A program made the translations under genes and the position numbers. From a virus: a DNA stretch of 64,000 nucleotides. Shown here piece after piece: positions 48,518 to 57,425 of this stretch. The notes beneath the pieces were generated by a model. It was not told the DNA's origin. It made no database searches and saw only the letters and a program-made list of their open reading frames with translations. Numbering within the stretch: the first letter of the stretch is position 1; each line of letters begins with the position of its first letter. The stretch is taken from UHGV virus genome UHGV-2025275; one strand, written 5' to 3'.

Positions 48518-49126
48518 TCAATGGAATGAGAAGTTGGCGAAGACGTCCTCATCAATGAGGCCTGTCTGCGATTCGATGACGTCTACGTCGTTAAAACACT
48601 GATTTAAAATCAATAGCAGATCAGAGATAGCCAAACGATACTCAGTTACAGAATCGCTCAGGCGCTTCAAGTATGGATGAGGTTGCTCAGAGTCACGAAT
48701 CAACTTGTTAACGAATCCCTCCAAACCACGAATGGTCAGGTCAACGTTCTTCAGTTCTTCGTAACGGCTTTCACCGAAGCTGCTGCGAATCTTTTCCGCT
48801 TTCCATCCAGAGATGGCATTAGCCAGGCGAACGTGTTTCGCTGTCAATTCTGCGAGTTTGCTTTCGATCTCTGCCAGCTGTGCCGCATCGCTGTTCTCTT
48901 GAACAGGGATACCTGCGGTTCTCACATAGGCTTGTTCTTTGAATCCAGCAAATTTCGCAGAGTGCTTCACCGTGCCACGGAAGCGTCGATAGCCAAGCGG
49001 CTCAATAAAGGCACGCCCAGATTTAGCTTTAGGCTTTGCAGTTGAAAAGCGCGAGGCGTTAGAGGTCACAGTAGCAAGGGCATTGCTAATGACACTCATA
49101 TCTTCCAGGCAATTTTCTAAACGCAT
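48518..49126 (-). CDS. hypothetical coiled-coil protein (202 aa)
   Basis: ATG ORF, operon with 136-aa gene. Confidence 0.5.
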   Translation of the reverse strand: MRLENCLEDMSVISNALATVTSNASRFSTAKPKAKSGRAFIEPLGYRRFRGTVKHSAKFAGFKEQAYVRTAGIPVQENSDAAQLAEIESKLAELTAKHVRLANAISGWKAEKIRSSFGESRYEELKNVDLTIRGLEGFVNKLIRDSEQPHPYLKRLSDSVTEYRLAISDLLLILNQCFNDVDVIESQTGLIDEDVFANFSFH

Positions 49127-49221
49127 AAAACCTCTTAACTACTCAATGGCTCGTAACTAAGTGTACGCTGTGTTGATGAAAGCGACAAATAATAAACGGC
49201 CCCAAAAGGAGCCGTATTGTA

Positions 49222-49470
49222 TTACAGAGTGCTCGCAAAAGCAGCAAATTCTGTATAGCCGCCGATAGGTTCACCATTAACGAACACCTGCGGTATGGTT
49301 TCCACCGGTTTGCCAACCAGGTCGCTCAACTTCTCTTTGTCGATGCCGGCAGACACAATATCGATGTATTCGTAATCGCCAAAGCCGTGGCCGTACAGCT
49401 GCTTCGCCAGCTCGACCGCACGTTTGCAGTATGAGCAATTATCGCGTCCGTAGATAACGACCTTCATCAC
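49222..49470 (-). CDS. glutaredoxin (NrdH/Grx-like)
   Basis: VVIYGRDNCSYCKRA CxxC motif. Confidence 0.75.
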   Translation of the reverse strand: MMKVVIYGRDNCSYCKRAVELAKQLYGHGFGDYEYIDIVSAGIDKEKLSDLVGKPVETIPQVFVNGEPIGGYTEFAAFASTL

Positions 49471-49832
49471 TTCACCCCGTGCAGCTGCTGCTTGAGAAGA
49501 TAGCCTTCCAGGGGCCAGATTTTGGCAATTGCGTTCTGGCGTGCAATTTTACGCCCGATCTCCGGATCAAAGTTCTCCGGGCTGGCGCACGCAGACTCGC
49601 CGGTTACGGTGTAGCCGTTCTCCAGCACAAGAACGCAGAAGGTCAGCAGTTCGAGTGATTGCGGGGCCGGTTCAGGCTCTTCCTGCTTCAGCCACAACGG
49701 TGAGCTGCGATATCCGTCCGCGCCGGTAAAGTAAAACTCGCCTGAGATAACAGCTTCAATGCGTTCCGGGGTAACACGCGCGGCCGTTTTGCCTTTGGCC
49801 ACAATCTCGTTTTCGATATCCATATCGGTCAT
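49467..49832 (-). CDS. hypothetical protein (121 aa)
   Basis: ATGA overlap with grx. Confidence 0.5.
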   Translation of the reverse strand: MTDMDIENEIVAKGKTAARVTPERIEAVISGEFYFTGADGYRSSPLWLKQEEPEPAPQSLELLTFCVLVLENGYTVTGESACASPENFDPEIGRKIARQNAIAKIWPLEGYLLKQQLHGVK

Positions 49833-49847
49833 TTTGGTTTCCTTACA

Positions 49848-50051
49848 TTAAAAACGAGCGATCCGGGCACGAAGAATTATGTCATACGCCTTCATCGTGT
49901 CCAGCTGCTTAATGAGGATGATGCGGTCGACATACAGCAGGCGAGCAAACTCGTCGCCGGTAATGTACGCCTCCAGTTCTTGTATGCGGCCACACAGTTC
50001 TTCGTGTTCATCCATAACACGTTTCTGGTGTGGCAGGTACTCTTTGGTCAT
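49848..50051 (-). CDS. hypothetical protein (67 aa; ORF-track 5' extension overlapping phoH rejected)
   Basis: MTKEYLPHQ… start. Confidence 0.4.
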   Translation of the reverse strand: MTKEYLPHQKRVMDEHEELCGRIQELEAYITGDEFARLLYVDRIILIKQLDTMKAYDIILRARIARF

Positions 50052-50061
50052 TGGCTTTCCC

Positions 50062-50835
50062 TTACTGATAGGCTTCCAGAGCGACTTTGCATAGCTCAGA
50101 ACGCACGCAGTCTTCGGTCGCAAACTCAATAAGGCCAACATGGGAGGAAGGTTTAAAACGCTCCAGTGCATCTTCCAGACCAGACTTAACATTGCCAGGC
50201 AGGTCGCATTGCGTCACATCTCCGTTCACAATGACGGTTACGTTCTCGCCCATACGGGTCAGGAACATTTTCATTTGTGACGCTGTAACGTTTTGCGCCT
50301 CATCGAGAATGACTACAGCGTTCTCGAACGTGCGCCCACGCATGTAAGCAAAGGGGGCAATCTCTACTTTGGCCACCTCTGGCTTTAAGCAATATTCAAG
50401 GAACGAGCCACCCAAACGCTTCTGTAGCACGTCATAGACGGGCCGGAAGAGCGGAGCGAACTTCTCGCTCATGTCGCCCGGAAGGAAACCCAGATCTTCT
50501 TCTGCTTGCAATACCGGACGCGTCACGATGATCTTCCCGACTTCCTTATCCAGCAGACGCTGCGCTGCGACGGCAGCAGCCAGGTAGGTCTTGCCGCAAC
50601 CGGCTTCACCAGTGGCGAACGTCAGAGGTTTGGTATCGAGGGAGATAAGATAGTGGGCCTGGGCCTCGTTACGCGCTTCGATGGGAGAGTTGTCGCGTTT
50701 AGGTTTTGGTGGCAGAGTAGGGGCTGCAGCCAGCTCGTCAACGATGATTGTGTCAATTTCGTAGCCGTGGATGCGTGGCTTTGACTTCAGTGCCTGACGA
50801 GCTGCGCGACGCGCCTGTTTACGTTTGTTTCCCAT
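50062..50835 (-). CDS. phoH: PhoH-like ATPase
   Basis: Walker A GEAGCGKTYLAAA; ATG with AAAGGA SD. Confidence 0.8.
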   Translation of the reverse strand: MGNKRKQARRAARQALKSKPRIHGYEIDTIIVDELAAAPTLPPKPKRDNSPIEARNEAQAHYLISLDTKPLTFATGEAGCGKTYLAAAVAAQRLLDKEVGKIIVTRPVLQAEEDLGFLPGDMSEKFAPLFRPVYDVLQKRLGGSFLEYCLKPEVAKVEIAPFAYMRGRTFENAVVILDEAQNVTASQMKMFLTRMGENVTVIVNGDVTQCDLPGNVKSGLEDALERFKPSSHVGLIEFATEDCVRSELCKVALEAYQ

Positions 50836-50882
50836 ACTGAGTCCTTTCAAGTGAGTCACTGAAAGAACTATACCCGTAAATA

Positions 50883-50902
50883 ATAGGTAAGTCATTACTT
50901 AT
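50883..50902. promoter_or_regulatory. motif-1 palindrome ATAGGTAAGTCATTACTTAT upstream of phoH
   Basis: intergenic, 48 nt from start. Confidence 0.5.
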
Positions 50903-50955
50903 TATTTGTGGTTCTGGACATCCCCATCTAGGGATGGGAAATCCCATCCAACGGC

Positions 50956-52347
50956 TTATGCTTCATGTTGCTTTTTGAGATCGCTTCTAGCATAGCTCCA
51001 CTCAATAATGTTGTCGGGTCGTTGCTGATCGAAAAGGATTCGGGATTCAATACCATTACCTAAAAAGCTGGTATGCCCATCTACGTAAGAAGCTATCCCT
51101 TGCGAACCAACATGAAGAATATTTTCTAATGGTTGTTTTGTTCTCGCCGTATTGCTAAGGAGAAATAAACCTGGGTACGCTTTGTTAGCACGGTGAAAAA
51201 AAAGTTCATTGTCAAAACACATGACGATGATTATTTGTCCCGACATGAGATCGGAGAGCATTTCAGTTGGCAGATGCAAACTCATAAATGGCCGAGACAA
51301 AGGGTCAAAGAATGAATCGTTTATATTCACAACAGGGCTTTTTATATCGAGGCCATCCATCCATCCATTGAAGGCAACAAAACCCATTTTAGAATCACGG
51401 TACATACCTAAGAACAAACATTCATCAATAGTATCAATTGCCCAATTTTTTCCTCCGCGAATAATCTCCCACATTTTAACTAAACGGTGGGTATAAAACT
51501 CAGATGGATGGTCTATCTCATCGATTTTAACTTTAGATTGATGAAGATTGTCAAAGCCCTCGCCAGTATTAATCGCCTCCAGCACATTCATACCACGAAC
51601 GATTTGCCTTTTTATGCGATTAAATTGCTTAACATCATTTTCAGGCATATTGCTAATGAAGTTTTCTTCAAAGTTCGGACACTCTGAGATAACAGAAAAT
51701 TCGGCAGCTTCATAAAGCTCATTATTCTTTTTGCCTGTTTTAACTTCCACGAGTTGAAAGCCATCCAGTGGATTAAAGGTGACTAAATCCCCCACATGAA
51801 CAAATGTACTCATGTCAGAGACAATCGCTACGGCGTGTTTGTCCTGATTGATAAGATCGGCTGCGACCATAGAATCAATTATGTTATCTTCTGATAGATT
51901 GTCATTGCCTGTATTAATAGGTAAACGCCGCAAACTCGAGTGATCTTCATCAAGTATGCTCCAAATTAGTGAGTCAATACAACGGCGAAGAATAAGAATT
52001 TCAATTTTTTTTAAATTTATTTCATCAATACACTTTTCTTTCTTTTTTTTATCCTTGTTTCGATGATGCTCTTTTTTTTCAACTTCCAATTTTTTTATAT
52101 CTCGCAACCGAAAAATAATCTCAAAAGATATAAGTTTCTGTGCGTCTTTCCAATTTTTGAGACAGATTTCATACTCTTCAAGAAAAATTTCATCATTGGA
52201 AGGTTGTTCTTGAATTGGGTCTTCACCCCTTATCATTTTGGCAAGTGAATGCAGTTGAAATACAAAGTGAGGTGATAAAATTGTCCAAAATTTTCTAAAC
52301 GGTTTGTATTTTTCAATAAAAGTTGATTCGTCAGTATAATTTATCAT
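50956..52347 (-). CDS. AT-rich hypothetical protein (463 aa) with central PD-(D/E)xK-like nuclease motif
   Basis: …VHVGDLVTFNPLDGFQLVEVKTGKK… (D…E-V-K); own TATAAT-like promoter in 89-nt gap; ~30% GC. Confidence 0.6.
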   Translation of the reverse strand: MINYTDESTFIEKYKPFRKFWTILSPHFVFQLHSLAKMIRGEDPIQEQPSNDEIFLEEYEICLKNWKDAQKLISFEIIFRLRDIKKLEVEKKEHHRNKDKKKKEKCIDEINLKKIEILILRRCIDSLIWSILDEDHSSLRRLPINTGNDNLSEDNIIDSMVAADLINQDKHAVAIVSDMSTFVHVGDLVTFNPLDGFQLVEVKTGKKNNELYEAAEFSVISECPNFEENFISNMPENDVKQFNRIKRQIVRGMNVLEAINTGEGFDNLHQSKVKIDEIDHPSEFYTHRLVKMWEIIRGGKNWAIDTIDECLFLGMYRDSKMGFVAFNGWMDGLDIKSPVVNINDSFFDPLSRPFMSLHLPTEMLSDLMSGQIIIVMCFDNELFFHRANKAYPGLFLLSNTARTKQPLENILHVGSQGIASYVDGHTSFLGNGIESRILFDQQRPDNIIEWSYARSDLKKQHEA

Positions 52348-52436
52348 AACTAAACTACCTCTTATCTATTTTTCTTAAGGTACAAACTGCCAGCCTTATT
52401 TTTTTACACAATTATAGTTATAATGTGAAGTCTCAT

Positions 52437-53306
52437 TCAGATATCTTCATACTGCACGTAAGAAATATTTGAGTCTCTGACATCATAATCTTCTAAGCTG
52501 CCTGACTTTTCCTCACCTCTATATAAAGCAACTATCCATCGAGCATTTTCTTGGATGCTTTTATTTATTTCAGCGAAGTATTCACCGTCAACTTCGGCAA
52601 GCGAATGGCCTAAAACAATGACCTCATCCACATTTTTAAGCGACGAGAAAAAAACGCTCTCTTCTTTAATTATGTTTTCGCTGGGCTTGAATGTATTACC
52701 GAAGTATTCGTCTATGCTGTCGTATGCCTCTGCTATTCTTGTATCTTGATCCGGCCCTATATATGGATTTAGTGACTTTTCAACCCTAAAACTGTGACCT
52801 AGTATGAGATCGTCATCGTAAATACAATTGCCGTGAATATGCATGATTTGCGCGTCTGGAACGGCATAGATCTGCTGCAAGGTATTGGTATAATTAAATG
52901 AAAAATAGAGGCTTTCTCTTGATATGGGCGGGATGTATTGCTCAGAATTGCAAGCATCGGTTATGTTAATCCCTTTAACCCAATCAGCGAATTGCTCCTT
53001 CAAGCGAGCTGACAGCATCCGTGTGATTTTATCTACTTCATATTGGTAATCGTGATGATAGGCATCGCTCCAATCATCGGTATTGTACGAAGCCAAAAAC
53101 ATCTCACTGTTTTGAAGGATAAGCTCATAATCAATTGCGCCTAAAGCACTTTCTAACTCGTTCCATTCGTCTCCAGCAGGCAGGTATTCTTCTATCGCGT
53201 CATATAGTTCTTGGTCATGTTTTGCTACATACGACTTAAAGTGCTTGTATCCTGTTGGCAAGCCATGTCGAATATCAAATCCGTTTCCTATTATGTAAAG
53301 CCTCAT
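52437..53306 (-). CDS. AbiH-family (abortive-infection-like) protein
   Basis: N-terminal MRLYIIGNGFDIRHGLPTGY…F, later FNYTNT and HIHG motifs typical of Pfam AbiH; start at internal ATG with AAGGG SD (ORF extends to 53420). Confidence 0.6.
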   Translation of the reverse strand: MRLYIIGNGFDIRHGLPTGYKHFKSYVAKHDQELYDAIEEYLPAGDEWNELESALGAIDYELILQNSEMFLASYNTDDWSDAYHHDYQYEVDKITRMLSARLKEQFADWVKGINITDACNSEQYIPPISRESLYFSFNYTNTLQQIYAVPDAQIMHIHGNCIYDDDLILGHSFRVEKSLNPYIGPDQDTRIAEAYDSIDEYFGNTFKPSENIIKEESVFFSSLKNVDEVIVLGHSLAEVDGEYFAEINKSIQENARWIVALYRGEEKSGSLEDYDVRDSNISYVQYEDI

Positions 53307-53423
53307 CGTTTTTCCCTTAGTCGAATGGTAAAAAGATACTAACCGACTAAAGAAAAACATAAAACCAAAAGTCGCTATCAAATACAACCACGAATTTTCA
53401 ATCTGACTACCAACCTCCATAGA

Positions 53424-53449
53424 CGCAAAAAAGGGGCCGAAGCCCCTTT
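53424..53449 (-). terminator. intrinsic terminator upstream of AbiH cassette
   Basis: AAGGGGCTTCGGCCCCTT + TTTTTT on minus strand. Confidence 0.7.
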
Positions 53450-53601
53450 GGAATTTGCGCTAAAAAGTGTTGATACAATGCTAGGAATCAATGGTTAAGA
53501 ACGTCTGCCGTGTCTATCACAGCGCTGAACGGTCTGGCGACATTTGCGGAGTCTTTCCGTTCGGACGGTGGTGGCGAACTCCAAACCGTTCAGCGCTGTG
53601 T

Positions 53602-53676
53602 TGGCGATGGTGGGTGGACTCGAACCACCGACCAGTTGATTAACAGTCAACCGCTCTACCACTGAGCTACACCATC
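53602..53676 (-). tRNA. tRNA-Asn (anticodon GTT), CCA encoded
   Basis: GATGGTG acceptor/ TAGCTCAGTGGTAGAGC D-arm / anticodon loop CTGTTAA / GGTTCGAGTCC T-arm / CACCATC-G-CCA. Confidence 0.85.
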
Positions 53677-54686
53677 ATTATTCGCGGCGGTACTTGTTCA
53701 TGGACAACCAGGCAACCAAGAACTTTCCCGCAACTTGCACTTTACGTTAGTGCCAGACGAGGCTTGTGGCTCGCTCACATAGAGCGAAGATCTGGAATCC
53801 TTCTCGGCGGTTGATGGCCGCCAGACTCTTCGATCTTATTGTATGTATGGAATCATCCATGTTGTGAAACCAGGGGCTACATAGGCAACAATGATTTCAC
53901 CAGAGGGTTAAAGAATCCTGCTTTCACAACGTTGAGGCCACTGAACCGATTTATGTTCGACCCAACATATTGATCAGTCACTACAGCTCTGTGGAATCAC
54001 CTGTATGATTAAAAGAAAAACAGTGACCTCAACGTTGTGCGCTGGCTAACCAAGCCAGCCGGGTTACGTCGCCGCTTTTAACCCAAAATAAAACGACATA
54101 AGTAATGGAAATGACGTAACAGGATGGGCGGTCAGCTGTCTGAAACCGGGATGATGGAATGGAATGAGGAAACCAGCCGCCCATCCTGTTACTTCATCGA
54201 ATAGGGCATGGGTGGTGCAACATGCCCTATCCTGCGTTCTGCAAGGGGTGAGTTTGGAGATCGGAAATTATTGTACGTTAAGCCTGTTTTTTGAACAGAT
54301 CGCGCTATCGCAATAGGGTGTACTCCTGCACTATACGGCATTTAGCCTGTATGTTTGGGTAATGAGAAAACCTAAATGCGACAGCGTGAGCGCAATAACT
54401 TAAATGCGATAGTCAGTGACAATAAATCAATCAGTTACCAATCAGAAACGGTTAAATTATGTTCTTAACGTACAATAATTTCCGTTTCCCAAACCGACCC
54501 CTGCAATCACACTCGCTCAGTGTGTCCCATTTCGGTGACGAGGCTGGAAACTGACCTCGCTGGTGTTTGGCTTCTTAGGCTACTGCCAGGTACGTATCTT
54601 CGTTTGCAGTTATATTTAACGTTCAAACAGTCGCGTCTCAACGAAAACAAATGAATCTTATACATAATAGATAAGTAAGTAAATAC

Positions 54687-54992
54687 CTATTTTTCTGTAA
54701 CTCGTTCAGTTGCTATCTTTTTGATCAAGCTCACCTTCTGTTCTGGCGTTCTCGTGATGATGGCCGTAAAACGCTTCGCTTGAATAGTGATAGTTTCGTT
54801 CTCCTTCAGTTCGCCGTAGTGAGTCTCCAGCAGAGAACCCAGGCGCCACAGACCGTCATCTATGCGTTTATGGCTGGCAAATCTGATCAGCAGTAGCTTT
54901 ACGATTAACTGACCAATGTAAAAGGCATATCCGAAGCCGGCCGCCACAAGGTAGGTTGCCAGCCACCAGTCGAATGAGGTCAAATTGCTCAT
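54687..54992 (-). CDS. membrane protein (101 aa)
   Basis: N-terminal TM; stop codon embedded in motif-1 copy. Confidence 0.5.
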   Translation of the reverse strand: MSNLTSFDWWLATYLVAAGFGYAFYIGQLIVKLLLIRFASHKRIDDGLWRLGSLLETHYGELKENETITIQAKRFTAIITRTPEQKVSLIKKIATERVTEK

Positions 54993-55141
54993 TTCTGCAC
55001 TCCCGTCTCGTGAACAACCCGATACAGACGCTTACCGATGCGAAGCGTTTTGGTTTTCAGTTCCTGCCTGACCAGATCGCGACAGATACTGAAGCCGAGG
55101 GCCACGCCCCCAGCAAAAGATAATAGGATGTATGGAATCAT
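54989..55141 (-). CDS. small membrane protein (50 aa), paralogue of 55337..55513
   Basis: MIPYILLSFAGGVALGFSI…RIGKRLYRVV; TGATG overlaps at both ends. Confidence 0.4.
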   Translation of the reverse strand: MIPYILLSFAGGVALGFSICRDLVRQELKTKTLRIGKRLYRVVHETGVQK

Positions 55142-55353
55142 CAGAACGCCCCCGCCTCAGTCAATTGCTGCAACAGTGAGTGTCCTTTTTCAGTGAGTTG
55201 ATAGTTCTCCACACATCCCTTTGGCGAAACGTTAGCGACAAGATTCATACGTTCCAGTTTGGCGCGGGTCTTTGGCTTCCAGTTGGCATAGAACTCCTTC
55301 CACTGGCTGATTTCACGCAGAGTTTCTTTCTCCCGTTTACTTAGCATGATCAT
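55141..55353 (-). CDS. hypothetical protein (70 aa)
   Basis: ATG ORF. Confidence 0.5.
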   Translation of the reverse strand: MIMLSKREKETLREISQWKEFYANWKPKTRAKLERMNLVANVSPKGCVENYQLTEKGHSLLQQLTEAGAF

Positions 55354-55513
55354 CCTTAATATCCTTCAGTGTGTACGTGATATCTACAATGCGGTAAATG
55401 CGGCCACGTCTCTGCATGACACCGGCTTTTACGTAATCGTTGATGCAGCTGGACGTAACCAGACTGCCGATAACAATGCCGACGACCAAAAATACAATCA
55501 TCCAGCCGAGCAT
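55337..55513 (-). CDS. small membrane protein (58 aa), paralogue of 54989..55141
   Basis: MLGWMIVFLVVGIVIGSLV…RRGRIYRIV; ATG shares A with ligase TGA. Confidence 0.4.
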   Translation of the reverse strand: MLGWMIVFLVVGIVIGSLVTSSCINDYVKAGVMQRRGRIYRIVDITYTLKDIKDDHAK

Positions 55514-56835
55514 CAGTCTTTATCTCCAATACGGTCTTCGGTATCTCGCAGACATTTCGGCCACTTCAGACGTGGGTGGCGTAAGCTACCGTCTGGCGTT
55601 TTCTCATGGCAGTGAACCTCAACGATGCGTCCACGATACTTCTCCTGATTGTTCCAGATCTCATCCAGGTACTTATGCTTGATACCGCTGGCACGAACGA
55701 TGACGCCGTTCTCCAGACGAATCACTATCTTACCCAGCGTATGCGCAAAGCCAGAGTCCGGGTCGCCTGGCTCGAAGTCGATGATTTCACCGTCTTCGGA
55801 ATCCTCGTCTTTCAGCTTCCACCAGCTGCGGGTGCGTTTGAACTCGTAAACAGAATCCGGATCTTTGCCCATCTCCCCCTCTTCGTTCTCGTCCAGGCGC
55901 TTCATGAAGCGTTCGATAAAGTCTTCATGGCTATGGATGATGTAGAACGGATGCAGGTGGACATCTTGCGCGTAATCTTCCCCGCAAGTGTTGCGGAACA
56001 ACGCCACCAGCATAGCCAGGCGCTCTTTCAGCTTCATGCCGGTCTTCAGGTACTCTTTGCTTTTTGCCTGAGCACGCCACTCCGGTAAGAAGAAATCGAA
56101 GATGTGGTAAACGGCACCAATGGCTTTCACGTTCTTCTTGCGAAGTGCCGACACGGACTGGTTGAACGTACCTGCAGTACCCTCACCATCGAAAAAGATA
56201 TGCTTGAAACCGGAGAGTCTGCCTCGCTCAAGCATGGCTGGTTTAAGGTGATCGAGTGACGTAATCGGATTGCCGGTACGCGTCAGGAAGTTCACCTCTT
56301 CCTCGTCAACGATGACTTCGCAGATAACCCGGAGACCATCGAGTTTGAGGCTGCCGATCATTGGCCACTTGGCCTTTGGATTTGGTTTAAATGGGTATTT
56401 GTCGCCTTTCTCCTTGTACGGAGACGCCAGCTGTACCTCAAACTTCGGAATTGGGTTTTCGAACACCTTGTTGCACAGGCTGATACCGACGCCGGCTTTC
56501 GGATCTTTCAGCAGGAAGCGACGAAACACGTCCTGCCCGTCAGCGCACATTGAGGCAACGAGTGATTCGACAGCAGTAATGGCCGCGTTCCCGGTCAGTT
56601 CGCGCGCCGCCAGCTTCTCCAGCAGCTCGACTACCTTCTGGTCGCTGGGTACGGAAGTATCGAGTGGCTCGGCCACTTTGTACTTCTTCACACCGAATCG
56701 AATGAATGGGTTGAGCATTAGCGAGACCATGCTCTGCTCAAATTCATCAAGGTTGGCCAGTGCCTCTTTCTTGGCGTTGGTTCCCATCGTTTTTATGGCA
56801 TCCAGCTTGTGCTTTAGGGCGATCAGTTTTTCCAT
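55513..56835 (-). CDS. ATP-dependent DNA ligase
   Basis: motif I IGSLKLDGLRVI (KxDG); GGAGG SD. Confidence 0.8.
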   Translation of the reverse strand: MEKLIALKHKLDAIKTMGTNAKKEALANLDEFEQSMVSLMLNPFIRFGVKKYKVAEPLDTSVPSDQKVVELLEKLAARELTGNAAITAVESLVASMCADGQDVFRRFLLKDPKAGVGISLCNKVFENPIPKFEVQLASPYKEKGDKYPFKPNPKAKWPMIGSLKLDGLRVICEVIVDEEEVNFLTRTGNPITSLDHLKPAMLERGRLSGFKHIFFDGEGTAGTFNQSVSALRKKNVKAIGAVYHIFDFFLPEWRAQAKSKEYLKTGMKLKERLAMLVALFRNTCGEDYAQDVHLHPFYIIHSHEDFIERFMKRLDENEEGEMGKDPDSVYEFKRTRSWWKLKDEDSEDGEIIDFEPGDPDSGFAHTLGKIVIRLENGVIVRASGIKHKYLDEIWNNQEKYRGRIVEVHCHEKTPDGSLRHPRLKWPKCLRDTEDRIGDKD

Positions 56836-56841
56836 TAGTGT

Positions 56842-57357
56842 TTAACCTCCATCGGTCGCTCGGGAGTTTTCATGTGTTTTTTTGGTTGCTTCTTCAATGA
56901 GTGCCGCGTACACGTCAGTGACGGGCGCCAGTGAATCGGTGGACGTGGTTTCGGGTTTGGCTGATTCTGTTTTCTTCGTGCGTTTAACCAGACTGTTAAT
57001 CGTCATGGTGTTGCGCTTCCGGGTAAGCGTTCTGGCGTGGTCGTTTTGCTCTTCCACTTCTTTGATAAGCGCAGCCATATCGATGAAGTAGAGTTGTTCG
57101 CCTTTGCGGATCTCTTCGACCATCATCTTCAGCGCCTGGCATTTTCCAGCAGCAATGGCCGCAGCGCAGGACTGGAACGATGTAGCCGGGAGACGCTTCT
57201 CTTTGTAGGCGAGGATGGTGTGCTGGCAGACTGTATAGCTGCAATGGGCCTCATGGCCGTTGATCTTCACTTCCGGGCAGCGCAGCGAATAACCGTTGTT
57301 TCCGGAGATAGACGGGATTTTCGACAAATCTGTTCTTGTGGACATGCTTCTAACCAT
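56842..57357 (-). CDS. hypothetical protein (171 aa) with Cys/His cluster
   Basis: CPEVKINGHEAHCSYTVCQH; start overlaps motif-1 copy so true start may be downstream ATG. Confidence 0.45.
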   Translation of the reverse strand: MVRSMSTRTDLSKIPSISGNNGYSLRCPEVKINGHEAHCSYTVCQHTILAYKEKRLPATSFQSCAAAIAAGKCQALKMMVEEIRKGEQLYFIDMAALIKEVEEQNDHARTLTRKRNTMTINSLVKRTKKTESAKPETTSTDSLAPVTDVYAALIEEATKKTHENSRATDGG

Positions 57358-57425
57358 AGTCGTGTACTTACTTATTGAGCGCAGTTTAAAAAAGCCCCAC
57401 CAGGGGCTAAATGGTTTATCGAGGC

